A stretch of DNA of 64,000 nucleotides, taken from the NCBI GenBank assembly GCA_963805625.1, contig CAWDVE010000017.1, positions 320,001 to 384,000 on the forward strand, written 5' to 3'. This document shows, piece after piece, positions 11,372-20,269 of the stretch (position 1 is its first letter; each line of letters starts with the position of its first letter). A program made the position numbers and the translations under genes. The notes beneath the pieces are model-generated. The model saw only the letters and a program-made list of their open reading frames with translations. It was not told where the DNA came from and did not search any database. The DNA is from an uncultured Candidatus Rokubacteria bacterium (lineage in GTDB: Bacteria > Methylomirabilota > Methylomirabilia > Rokubacteriales > DASRDR01).

Positions 11372-12444
11372 GATCGCGGCGACGCCTTCCGGACGAAGGA
11401 CATGTCGACGGCCTTCTGGAAGGGGATGGGGCCGTCGAGCACCTTCGTCGCGAGGAAGATCTTCTGGACTTCCTGGTACTGCCGCTCGTCAACGAGGAAG
11501 TCCCAGTCGAAGATGCTCTTGTAGTACCGGATGGACTTCAGGATCTCGTCCCGGGAGAACGTGTCCATGTAGGGCTTGTGGAGGAGCTCGAGGATCTCGC
11601 CCTCCGCCGCCTTCTCGATCCACTTCTGCGCGCGGTAGCACGCGCTCACGTAGCCCTGCACGGCGGCGGGCTGCCTCTCGATGGTCTCGCGGAGGCAGTA
11701 GCCGACGGTGACGGGCAACGGCCCGCCGAAGACGCGGTTCCACGTCCGCTCGTCCAGGATGTCGTAGATCGTTTTGCCGAACCCCTGGTCCTCGGCGGCC
11801 CACATCCATTCCGGCACCGCCATGATCGCGTCGAACTTCCCGGCCTTGAGGCCCCCGAGCATGGTCGTCGAGGCGCCGCCGCCGACCCATTCCACGAAGT
11901 CGTTCAGCGACTTGCCCCCCGCCGTCTTCTGCTGCTCCAGGATGTGGCTCCCGTACACCCACGTGCCGGAGCCGATGGCCGTCGCCGCGACCACCCACTT
12001 GCCCCCGTCGGAGCGCTTCATCGTCGCGAGCCTGTCGATGCTGGTGAGCCCCGCGTCGTAGAGCTCCCTGCGCGCCACGATGTTCGCGTAGGAGCACCGG
12101 GTGTCGGTGGCGAAGAGGATGACGGCCTCTTTGCCCTTCTCGCTGATCTTCAGCGGATGATTCGAGTCGCCGAGCGCGAACATCGCCTGCCCCGCCGCCA
12201 GGGCCTGCACCACCTTGGCGCCTCCGCCCGGCACGATGAACCCCTGGTCCGCCGTGACCCCCTCCTCTTCGAAGAAGCGCTTCTCCCGCGCGACGAGGTG
12301 CTGCGCGTAGACGAAGGTGGAGATGCTGTGGGAGAGGGTGATCGGGCGCGCCGCCGCGTGGCTGAGCCGCGGCAGCGCGGCCGCGACTGGGAGGGCGCCC
12401 GCGGCGGACAGGAATTCTCGGCGTGTGAGCCGGTGCGTGCGCAT
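11368..12444 (-). CDS. ABC transporter substrate-binding protein (NMT1/TauA-like), Tat-exported
   Basis: SD GAGGAGG before ATG 12444; twin-arginine signal LTRREFL...AHA-like; first gene of the ABC operon. Confidence 0.88.
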   Translation of the reverse strand: MRTHRLTRREFLSAAGALPVAAALPRLSHAAARPITLSHSISTFVYAQHLVAREKRFFEEEGVTADQGFIVPGGGAKVVQALAAGQAMFALGDSNHPLKISEKGKEAVILFATDTRCSYANIVARRELYDAGLTSIDRLATMKRSDGGKWVVAATAIGSGTWVYGSHILEQQKTAGGKSLNDFVEWVGGGASTTMLGGLKAGKFDAIMAVPEWMWAAEDQGFGKTIYDILDERTWNRVFGGPLPVTVGYCLRETIERQPAAVQGYVSACYRAQKWIEKAAEGEILELLHKPYMDTFSRDEILKSIRYYKSIFDWDFLVDERQYQEVQKIFLATKVLDGPIPFQKAVDMSFVRKASPRS

Positions 12445-12480
12445 GGAGACCTCCTCGGATGGTCGGGATCGGCAGCCGGG

Positions 12481-12510
12481 ACTATACCGAGACGTTTCGG
12501 AGCCTGTCAA
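12481..12510 (-). promoter_or_regulatory. sigma-70 promoter of ABC operon with palindromic operator in the spacer
   Basis: Minus strand TTGACA-N18-TATAGT; spacer contains imperfect palindrome CCGAgACGTtTCGG (12487-12500). Confidence 0.7.
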
Positions 12511-12539
12511 CGCCGCAGCGCTGCGCTGGGCGTGGCGTG

Positions 12540-12830
12540 TCAGTCGCGCCGCGTGCCGGGCGGCGACGGACTCGCCTGCGGGATGTGGAACCCGTAGCGC
12601 TGGCGCAGGAGATCCACCAGCGGCGTCGGAAGTATCTCGGTCGCGCCAAGGCAATACTGGCAGATCAGACGGACATCGCCCGTCCAGAAGTCGGACCAGA
12701 GGGCGACCTTGTGGAACATCTCGATCTGGTTCGTATGCGTGGTCCAGGACAGGAGGTGGAGGTGGCAGGACGGACAGACGTACTGCTTGTGGTTATCCGG
12801 ACTCGGCCGCCGCTCAGACTCGCTGTCCAT
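12540..12830 (-). CDS. small hypothetical protein with two CxxC motifs (Zn-ribbon-like)
   Basis: GGAG SD before ATG 12830; CPSC and CQYC; non-shadow composition in an intergenic gap. Confidence 0.65.
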   Translation of the reverse strand: MDSESERRPSPDNHKQYVCPSCHLHLLSWTTHTNQIEMFHKVALWSDFWTGDVRLICQYCLGATEILPTPLVDLLRQRYGFHIPQASPSPPGTRRD

Positions 12831-13044
12831 CCCCACTCCCGGGGCCGGGTTCACCCCGTGTCCAGTAGTGCCAATGAACACCTCCTAATAGCGTAGAATG
12901 CGCCGGTCTGGCAAGAAGCGCCGCAGGGCGGTCCGGGCGGCTCGTCGGTACGCCCAGCCGTCGGCGGGTGGCATACCGATGGTAACCATACGTCGACATT
13001 GGTGTTTTGTGTTCGGGTCGGCTGCCACATCCATGCCGAGCGCG

Positions 13045-13074
13045 TTGACACCTCCGGACGGCATCGGCTAGCAT
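13045..13074 (+). promoter_or_regulatory. sigma-70 promoter of yicC-gmk-rpoZ operon
   Basis: TTGACA-N18-TAGCAT just upstream of yicC. Confidence 0.65.
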
Positions 13075-13087
13075 CAAAGGAATTCCA

Positions 13088-13972
13088 ATGGGCCTGGTCG
13101 TGAGCATGACGGGGTACGGGCGAGGCGAGGCCCGGGGTGCGCGTATCGCCCTCATCGCCGAGGCGCGCTCCCTCAACCACCGGTTCTTCGAGACCAGCAT
13201 CAAGCTCCCGCGGGGACTCACCGCGAACGAGGCCGAGCTCCGGCGCCTGGTCCAGGGCCGGATCGCCCGCGGCCGCGTGGACGTGACCGTGACGCTGCGC
13301 CGGACGGCGGCGGCCGCGTCGAGCGTGCGGACCGATGTCGCGCTCGGCCTCGCGTACGCGCGCGGCGCGCGGGCGCTGGGCGAGGCGGCCGGGGTCCAGT
13401 CCGAGGTGTCGGTCGCCGATCTCCTGCGCCTCCCCGGCGTCGTGACGGTCGAGGAGACCGAGGAGGAGGACGGCGAGGGCGCGATCCTCCTCAAGACCGC
13501 CGCCGCCGAGGCGCTCGACGAGCTCTGCCGGATGCGCCAGACGGAGGGGGCGGCGCTGGCGCGAGACCTCGGGTCTCACGTGGACGCGCTCGCCGCCTGG
13601 ATGCGTGCGGCCGAAGCGCTGCTGCCGGCGGCGCTGGCCCGGATCCAGGCCCGGCTCCGGGATCGCGTCCAGGCCATTCTCGGCGAGACGACGGCGGATC
13701 CCGGCCGGCTGGCCCAGGAGGTGGCGACCTGGGCGGCGCGGAGCGACGTCGCGGAGGAGCTCGCCCGCCTCGGCTCGCACCTCGCACAATTCCGGGCGCT
13801 CCTCTCGGAGGGAGGCGCTGTGGGCCGGCAGCTGGACTTCCTGACCCAGGAGCTCCACCGAGAGGTCAACACCATCGCGTCGAAGGCGGACGATGCCGAG
13901 CTGGTCACACGCGTCCTGGAGGCGCGGACGCTCGTGGAGCGCATCCGGGAGCAGGTGCAGAACGTCGAGTGA
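13088..13972 (+). CDS. yicC: YicC/YloC family endoribonuclease
   Basis: SMTGYGR, RSLNHRF, GRQLDFLTQELHREVNTIASK, IREQVQNVE; precedes gmk. Confidence 0.93.
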   Translation: MGLVVSMTGYGRGEARGARIALIAEARSLNHRFFETSIKLPRGLTANEAELRRLVQGRIARGRVDVTVTLRRTAAAASSVRTDVALGLAYARGARALGEAAGVQSEVSVADLLRLPGVVTVEETEEEDGEGAILLKTAAAEALDELCRMRQTEGAALARDLGSHVDALAAWMRAAEALLPAALARIQARLRDRVQAILGETTADPGRLAQEVATWAARSDVAEELARLGSHLAQFRALLSEGGAVGRQLDFLTQELHREVNTIASKADDAELVTRVLEARTLVERIREQVQNVE

Positions 13973-14625
13973 CTGCTGCAGCATCGCGCCGGGGCATGCT
14001 CATCGTGGTCTCGGCTCCCTCGGGAGCCGGGAAGACGACGCTCTGTCGGGACGTCCGCAAGACCGTGGCGAATCTTGCCTACTCCGTGTCCTACACGACG
14101 CGCAGCCCGCGGCCGGGCGAGATCGAGGGTCAGGCGTATCATTTTCTCTCCGAGCCTGTCTTCCAGCAGATGGTCGATCGCGGCGAGTTTGCCGAGTGGG
14201 CCCGCGTGCACGGTCATCTCTATGGCACGGCCGCCCGGACGCTGGAGGCGGTGCTCGACCGCGGGGAGGACATCCTCCTCGACATCGACACGCAGGGCGC
14301 CCGGCAGCTCCGGGCCCGCTACCCTCAGGGCCTCTATGTCTTCGTGGTGGCCCCCTCGATGCGAGAGCTCGAGGCCCGGCTCAAGGAGCGGAAGTCCGAC
14401 GCGCCGCGGGAGATCGCCCGCCGCCTCGCGCGAGCCGTGGACGAGATCGCCGCGTGGCGTGAGTACGACTACGTGATCGTCAACCGTCATCTCGACGAGG
14501 CCTTACGGCAGCTCGCGTGCATCATCGAGGCCGAGCGCTGCCGAACGTCTCGTCTCACCCTGAGCCTGCCGGATCTCCCGGTGGGCGGGGGGGTCCAGGC
14601 GACCCTCCCAGGAGGCACCGCGTAA
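13969..14625 (+). CDS. gmk: guanylate kinase
   Basis: SAPSGAGKTT, SYTTRSPRPGE, LDIDTQGA. Confidence 0.95.
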   Translation: MTAAASRRGMLIVVSAPSGAGKTTLCRDVRKTVANLAYSVSYTTRSPRPGEIEGQAYHFLSEPVFQQMVDRGEFAEWARVHGHLYGTAARTLEAVLDRGEDILLDIDTQGARQLRARYPQGLYVFVVAPSMRELEARLKERKSDAPREIARRLARAVDEIAAWREYDYVIVNRHLDEALRQLACIIEAERCRTSRLTLSLPDLPVGGGVQATLPGGTA

Positions 14626-14846
14626 TGTTCCCATCCCTCGAGAAGTGCCTCGAGCAGATCTCCAACCGCTACGTCCTCGTGGTGCTGGCGGCGAAGCGGA
14701 GCCGGCAGCTCAACCGGGGCGCCCAGCCGCAGGTCGAGACGAAGCGCCGGAAGTGGACGTCCGTAGCGCTGGAAGAGTGCATCGCCGGCAAGATCCAGCT
14801 GAAGAAGCCGGAAGAAGTGGACAAGGCGCCCGCCCCCGCGGCCTGA
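14625..14846 (+). CDS. rpoZ: RNA polymerase omega subunit
   Basis: MFPSLEKC...NRYVLVVLAAKRSRQL; TAATG overlap with gmk; gmk-rpoZ-coaBC synteny. Confidence 0.92.
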   Translation: MFPSLEKCLEQISNRYVLVVLAAKRSRQLNRGAQPQVETKRRKWTSVALEECIAGKIQLKKPEEVDKAPAPAA

Positions 14847-14874
14847 GCCCGGCGGGCACCCCGGGAGGCGAGCG

Positions 14875-16095
14875 ATGGCGCTGGCTGGCCGCGAGCTGAT
14901 CCTCGCCGTCACGGGCAGCATCGCCGCCTACAAGGCGGCCTACCTCCTGCGCGAGCTTCGGCGCGCGGAGGCGGGCGTCACCGTCGTGATGACTGCGCAC
15001 GCGCGCGAGTTCGTAGCGCCGCTCACCTTCCGGACGCTCTCCGGCCGGCCCGTCCTGACGGACCTGTTCGACCCGCAGGAGCTCGCGGCCGTGGAACACG
15101 TGGCGCTGGCCGAGCGCACCGACCTGCTCCTCGTCGCCCCCGCCACGGCGCAGGCCCTTGCGCGCGCGGCGCTCGGGCTCGCCGACGACTTCCTGGGGAC
15201 GATCCTCCTCGCGATGCGCGGGCCGGTGCTCTTCGCTCCCGCCATGGACGGTGGCATGTGGGAACACCCCGCGGTGCAGGCTCACGTCGGGACGCTCCGG
15301 GCCCGCGGGGCCACGGTGCTGGAGCCCGGGGAGGGTGAACTTGCATCCGGCCTCCGCGGCCGAGGACGGTTTCCCGAGGTCTCGGACATCGTCGAGGCGG
15401 CCGTCCGCCTCCTCTGGCCCCGGCGGGACCTCACGGGCGACCACGTCCTGGTCACGGCCGGACCCACCCGGGAGCCGCTCGATCCCGTGCGCTTCCTGAG
15501 CAATCGCTCGTCCGGCCGCATGGGATACGCGATCGCCGCGCAGGCCGTGCGCCGGGGCGCCGACGTGACGCTCGTCACGGGGCCGACTCATCTCGTGCCA
15601 CCGCCCGGCATCCGGGTGATCCCGGTGCAGACCGCCCTCGAGATGCGAGAGGCAGTCCTCCATGCGGCCGACACTGCAACGGTCGTGATCAAGGCCGCAG
15701 CGGTCGCCGACTACCGGCCGGGTCGCCTCGCGACCGAGAAGATCTCCTCGAAGCAGGACGGGCTCACGCTCGACCTCGCCCCGACCCCCGACATCCTCCG
15801 GGAGCTCGGGGCCCGGAAGGGCGCGCGCTTCCTGGTGGGGTTTGCCGCCGAGACGCACGAGCTTCGCGCGCGCGCCCAGGCCAAGCTCGCCGCCAAGGGC
15901 GCGGACCTCATCGTCGCGAACGACGTGAGCCGGGCCGACATCGGCTTCGACGTGGCCGACAACGAGGTCGTCCTGCTCGATCGCTGGGGCGGCGTCGTCG
16001 CGCTGCCGCGCCGGAGCAAGGTCGAGGTGGCCGACCTCATCCTGGACCGGGTCCAGGAGCTCCGTCGCGCGGTGCGCGAGCCTCAGGCGACCTGA
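14875..16095 (+). CDS. coaBC: phosphopantothenoylcysteine decarboxylase/ligase
   Basis: [41 protein letters not shown]. Confidence 0.96.
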   Translation: MALAGRELILAVTGSIAAYKAAYLLRELRRAEAGVTVVMTAHAREFVAPLTFRTLSGRPVLTDLFDPQELAAVEHVALAERTDLLLVAPATAQALARAALGLADDFLGTILLAMRGPVLFAPAMDGGMWEHPAVQAHVGTLRARGATVLEPGEGELASGLRGRGRFPEVSDIVEAAVRLLWPRRDLTGDHVLVTAGPTREPLDPVRFLSNRSSGRMGYAIAAQAVRRGADVTLVTGPTHLVPPPGIRVIPVQTALEMREAVLHAADTATVVIKAAAVADYRPGRLATEKISSKQDGLTLDLAPTPDILRELGARKGARFLVGFAAETHELRARAQAKLAAKGADLIVANDVSRADIGFDVADNEVVLLDRWGGVVALPRRSKVEVADLILDRVQELRRAVREPQAT

Positions 16096-16096
16096 C

Positions 16097-16798
16097 GTGC
16101 CGAGCGACCCCGGCGCACTCGCGGACGCCGTGCGCGCCCTGGCAGATCACTTGCGTTTTCAGCAGGCGCTCGGGACCCGCGATCTGCCGCTCACCGGCGA
16201 GCCGCTCGGCGGGTCGACCTCCGCCCTCCGGCGCGTGGAGGCGGCGAGCGCCGGGTGCACGAAATGCAAGCTCTCCCAGGGGCGCAACACGATCGTCTTC
16301 GGCGCTGGCGACCCGGCGGCGCGGCTCGTGATCATCGGCGAGGGGCCCGGCGAGGAAGAAGACCGCCAGGGGAAGCCCTTCGTGGGCCGTGCCGGCCAGC
16401 TCCTCACGAAGATGCTCGAGTCGGTCGGCATCACGCGCGAGGAGGTCTACATCTGCAACATCGTCAAATGCCGGCCGCCGGGGAACCGGAATCCCGAGCC
16501 CGAGGAGATCGCGGCGTGCGCGCCGTACCTGGCGGGCCAGCTTGCCGCCATCCAGCCCGGCGTGATCTGCGCGCTCGGGACGTTCGCGGCCCAGCAGCTC
16601 TTGAGGACGCGGGAGCCGATCAGCCGCTTGCGCGGCCAGCTCCATCAGCTCGGCGGCGCCGTCGTGGTTCCGACCTTCCATCCGGCGTTCCTCCTGCGGA
16701 ACCCCGGTCCCGCCTACCGGCGCCAGGCGTACGATGACCTCAAGCTCATCCGGCGTGAGCACGACCGGGTCCGGGGCCAGGCGTCCGCCGGCGCCTGA
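16097..16798 (+). CDS. udg: family 4 uracil-DNA glycosylase (Fe-S)
   Basis: CTKCKL, IGEGPG, PFVGRAG, NIVKCRPPGNR, TFHPAFLLR. Confidence 0.92.
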   Translation: MPSDPGALADAVRALADHLRFQQALGTRDLPLTGEPLGGSTSALRRVEAASAGCTKCKLSQGRNTIVFGAGDPAARLVIIGEGPGEEEDRQGKPFVGRAGQLLTKMLESVGITREEVYICNIVKCRPPGNRNPEPEEIAACAPYLAGQLAAIQPGVICALGTFAAQQLLRTREPISRLRGQLHQLGGAVVVPTFHPAFLLRNPGPAYRRQAYDDLKLIRREHDRVRGQASAGA

Positions 16799-18645
16799 GG
16801 CCGGACGTCCTGCTCGCGCACGTCGTCACCGACCTTCCCGTTCCCCGCACCTTCACGTATCGCATCCCGCCCGAACTGGAGGAGCGTGTCGCCCCGGGGC
16901 AGCGCGTGCGCGTGCCCTTCCGCGGCCGTCCCCGTCCGGGGGTCGTGGTGGCGGTCGAGCCCGGCGCGGGCCCAGAGGATGAGAATCTCGAGCCGTTGGC
17001 AGCCGTCCTCGATCCCGTGCCTGCGTTGACCCCGGCGCTGCTCGAGCTCACACGCTGGGCGGCGGCGGAGACGGCGAGCACGTGGGGGGAGGCCGCGTTC
17101 CGAGCGCTCCCGCCGGGCATCCGCTCGGGCGCGCCGCCCGCGCTGGCGCCGCTGCCGCCCGCGTGTCCGCCCGGCCCCGCGGGCCTCGTCACCGGCCGGG
17201 ACCGCGGAGACCGCGTCGAGCGGCGGATCGGGGAGACGCTCGCGAACGGCGCGAGCGTCCTAGTCCTCGCCCCGGAGATCGACCTGGCGCGGGCCTGGGC
17301 CGCTCGGCTCGAGACGCGCCTCGGCGAGCCAGCGCGGCTCGTCACGAGCGCCGCTTCCCCCCGGGAGCGCTGGGCCGCGTGGTGGGCATGCCGCCAGGGG
17401 CAGGCCCGGCTGGCGGTCGGGACGCGGACGGCCGCGTGGCTCCCGCTGGCGCCGCTCGGCCTGGCGGTCGTCGTCGACGAGGAGGATTCCGCGCACAAGT
17501 CTCCCGATACGCCGCGCTGGCATGCTCGGGACCTTGCCCTCGAGCGCGTCCGTCGCGAGGGCGGGGTGAGCCTCCTCGCGAGCCCCGCGCCGAGTCTCGA
17601 GAGCTGGGTGGCCACCCGAAGCGGCGCGCTCGCGTGGGACCCCGGCGCGCGGGGTGCGTGGCCGACCGTCGAGCGCGTGGCCCTGGGCGCCGAGGAAGCC
17701 GCGGCGGCGAGCCTCTCACCGGGACTCCGCGACACGGCACGCGCGGCGCTCTCCCGCGGGCGCTCCGTTCTCCTTGTTCTCAACCGGCTCGGCTTCGCCC
17801 GGACCTTGACCTGCGCAGACTGCGGGACCGTGCGGCGCTGCGGGCACTGTCGCCTAGCGCTCCTCTACCATCGGGAGACGCGGGCGCTCACGTGCCGGCT
17901 CTGCGGCCGCCGGGTACCGGCGGCGAGCCTCTGCGGGCGCTGCCGCGGCCGGCGGCTCCAGCTTCTCGGCTGGGGCACGGAGCGGCTCGAGGCGGAGGCC
18001 CGGCAGGCGTTCCCCGAAGCGCGGGTCGTTCGATACGACTCGACGGTCGCCCCGCCCGACGCCGAGGCGGCGCGGACTGCGTTCCGGTCGGGCGCGGCGC
18101 GGGTCCTCGTGGGCACCGCCATGGCGCTCCGTCTGGCGGAGGAGACGCCGGTCGCGGTCGGCGCCCTCGTGCTCGCCGACGCGACACTCAACCTGCCCGA
18201 TTTCCGCGCGGCCGAGCGGACCTTCCAGCTCGGATGGCGTCTGGCCGAGGCCGTCGAGCCGGGCGGCAGCGTGTGGCTCCAATCCTTGCTGCCGGAGCAT
18301 CCGGCGCTCGTGGCCATCGCGCGCGGCGAGCCCGAGCGCTTCTACGAGCCGGAGTGGGCCGAGCGCCAGGAGCTCGGGTACCCGCCGGCCCGCCGGATGG
18401 GGCGGTTTCTGGTCGAGGGCCGGGACGCTGCCAGGCTGGCCGAGGATCTGGCGGCCCGCGGCCGGGCGGCGGGGGCGACGGTGCTGGGGCCTGCGATGCT
18501 CGCGGGGGGGCGGGTCCAGGTGGTGCTCCTCGGCGGGCCCGAGCTCCCGGCGACCGTGACCGGCGTCCTCGAGCCCCTGCGGGGCCGGCGCCGGCTGGGG
18601 GGCACCCGGCTCACGGTCGACATCGATCCGGTCGAGCTTCCGTGA
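16795..18645 (+). CDS. priA: primosomal protein N' (PriA), helicase motifs degenerate; probable CTG start
   Basis: 3'-binding domain (PVPRTFTYRIP...GQRVRVPF), LAPEI, four CxxC of the cysteine-rich region, GTERLE, PDFRAAERTFQ, ERQELGYPP, VDIDP; priA-def-fmt synteny. Confidence 0.9.
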   Translation: MRPDVLLAHVVTDLPVPRTFTYRIPPELEERVAPGQRVRVPFRGRPRPGVVVAVEPGAGPEDENLEPLAAVLDPVPALTPALLELTRWAAAETASTWGEAAFRALPPGIRSGAPPALAPLPPACPPGPAGLVTGRDRGDRVERRIGETLANGASVLVLAPEIDLARAWAARLETRLGEPARLVTSAASPRERWAAWWACRQGQARLAVGTRTAAWLPLAPLGLAVVVDEEDSAHKSPDTPRWHARDLALERVRREGGVSLLASPAPSLESWVATRSGALAWDPGARGAWPTVERVALGAEEAAAASLSPGLRDTARAALSRGRSVLLVLNRLGFARTLTCADCGTVRRCGHCRLALLYHRETRALTCRLCGRRVPAASLCGRCRGRRLQLLGWGTERLEAEARQAFPEARVVRYDSTVAPPDAEAARTAFRSGAARVLVGTAMALRLAEETPVAVGALVLADATLNLPDFRAAERTFQLGWRLAEAVEPGGSVWLQSLLPEHPALVAIARGEPERFYEPEWAERQELGYPPARRMGRFLVEGRDAARLAEDLAARGRAAGATVLGPAMLAGGRVQVVLLGGPELPATVTGVLEPLRGRRRLGGTRLTVDIDPVELP

Positions 18646-18722
18646 GGGCGGTACAATGCCAGACGTGCCAATTGGGCCAGGCGGGCCCGTCTGCCAGGTG
18701 GGTCCGTCTGAAGGAGGGACAC

Positions 18723-19250
18723 ATGGCGGTCCTGGAGGTACGGCTCTACGGAGACCCGGTCCTGCGGCGCCGGGCGGCGCCGGTTCGCGAGGTCACGCCG
18801 GAGATCGAGAGCTGGCTCAGCGACATGGTCGAGACGATGCACACCGAGGTGGGCATCGGCCTCGCGGCGACCCAGATCGGCATCGAGCTCCGGATGCTCG
18901 TCATCGACGAGGACCGGGGCACGGGGGGGCGAGCCTACCTCAACCCGGTGATTGTCGAGCAGGGTGGCGAGCAGGTGGGCGAGGAAGGCTGTCTGTCGCT
19001 CCCCGGGATCTTCGCCGATGTGCGCCGCGCCGAGTGGGTCGTGGTGGAGGCGATGGACCGGACGGGCGCGTCCTTCCGGCGGCGCGCGTCGGGGCTCCTG
19101 GCCCGCGCGCTCCAGCACGAGATCGATCACCTCGACGGCATCCTGTTCATCGACCGCTTGGACAAGGTCGCGCGGGATCGGCTCAAGCGGCAGATCAAGC
19201 GCGAGGGCTTCCCGGCGCAGTCCGTCGCGGCGGGCGGGGTCAGACTTTGA
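18723..19250 (+). CDS. def: peptide deformylase
   Basis: GIGLAATQ, EGCLS, QHEIDHLDG; SD GGAGGG. Confidence 0.95.
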   Translation: MAVLEVRLYGDPVLRRRAAPVREVTPEIESWLSDMVETMHTEVGIGLAATQIGIELRMLVIDEDRGTGGRAYLNPVIVEQGGEQVGEEGCLSLPGIFADVRRAEWVVVEAMDRTGASFRRRASGLLARALQHEIDHLDGILFIDRLDKVARDRLKRQIKREGFPAQSVAAGGVRL

Positions 19251-19339
19251 CTTCCAAACATTCGCCGGGACCCTGTCGCGGGCGACCCGGAACTCGGCCG
19301 CTTGCGGGGGGAATTGCTTAGAAGTCAAAGTCTGACCCC
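19236..19339. repeat. 104-bp element with perfect 19-bp terminal inverted repeats (MITE/REP-like)
   Basis: GGGGTCAGACTTTGACTTC (19236-19254) and GAAGTCAAAGTCTGACCCC (19321-19339). Confidence 0.8.
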
Positions 19340-20269
19340 ATGCGCGTGCTGTTCTATGGCACTCCCGCCTTCGCCCTTCCCACGTTCCAGGGTTTGCTCG
19401 CCCGCCATCGTGTGACGGCCGCCGTGACGCAGCCGGACCGGCCCGCCGGCCGCGGGCAGCGCGCGCAGGCCTCGCCCGTCAAGGCGCTGGCGCTCGAGCA
19501 CGGGATCCGGGTGCTCCAGCCGGTCCGACTCCGCGACCCCGGCTGGCCCGAGCGCCTCGCCGAGCACGCGGCGGACGTCGCGGTCGTCGTGGCCTTCGGT
19601 CAGATTCTCCCGCGGGCGGTTCTCGACGTGCCGGCGCGCGGGTCGATCAACGTCCACGCGTCGCTGCTCCCGCGGTATCGCGGCGCGGCCCCGATCGCGT
19701 GGGCCATCATCTGCGGCGAGCGCGAGACGGGGATCACCACTTTCCAGATGGATGCCGGGATGGACACGGGACCGCTTCTCCTCCAGCGGCCGACGCCCAT
19801 CGGCCCCGAGGAGACCGCCGGGGAACTCGCCGAGCGTTTGGCCGTGCTCGGGGCCGAGGTGCTCCTCGAGACGCTCGACCGCCTGGACTCGCTCACGCCA
19901 CGCGCGCAGGAATCCCAGGCAGCGACGCTGGCGCCCCGGCTCCGCAAGGAGGACGGCCTGCTCGACTGGACGCAGCCGGCCGCGACCCTGGCCGCGCGAG
20001 TTCGCGGCTTGAACCCGTGGCCCGGGGCCACCACCGTCACACCCGGTGGTCGTCTTCTGATCTGGCGCGCGCGAGCGATCGTTGGCCGGGGCGAGCCGGG
20101 CGTGCTCACGGCCGTCGAGGGGCGGCTCGTCGTCGGGACAGGAGCGGGCCTTCTCGAGCCCCTCGAGGTCCAGCCCGAGAACCGACGCGCGATGGATTGG
20201 GACGCGTACCTCCGGGGCGCGCGGCTTGGCCTGGGAGCGCCGCTTGGCGCGACGGTCCCGCGCTCCTGA
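19340..20269 (+). CDS. fmt: methionyl-tRNA formyltransferase
   Basis: FYGTPAFA, TQPDRPAGRG, INVHASLLPRYRGAAPI. Confidence 0.96.
   Translation: MRVLFYGTPAFALPTFQGLLARHRVTAAVTQPDRPAGRGQRAQASPVKALALEHGIRVLQPVRLRDPGWPERLAEHAADVAVVVAFGQILPRAVLDVPARGSINVHASLLPRYRGAAPIAWAIICGERETGITTFQMDAGMDTGPLLLQRPTPIGPEETAGELAERLAVLGAEVLLETLDRLDSLTPRAQESQAATLAPRLRKEDGLLDWTQPAATLAARVRGLNPWPGATTVTPGGRLLIWRARAIVGRGEPGVLTAVEGRLVVGTGAGLLEPLEVQPENRRAMDWDAYLRGARLGLGAPLGATVPRS

Noticed and set aside
17082-18722. Long N-terminal extension of def in the ORF track
   Set aside because: Alternate frame of priA; the real def start is ATG 18723 with an SD
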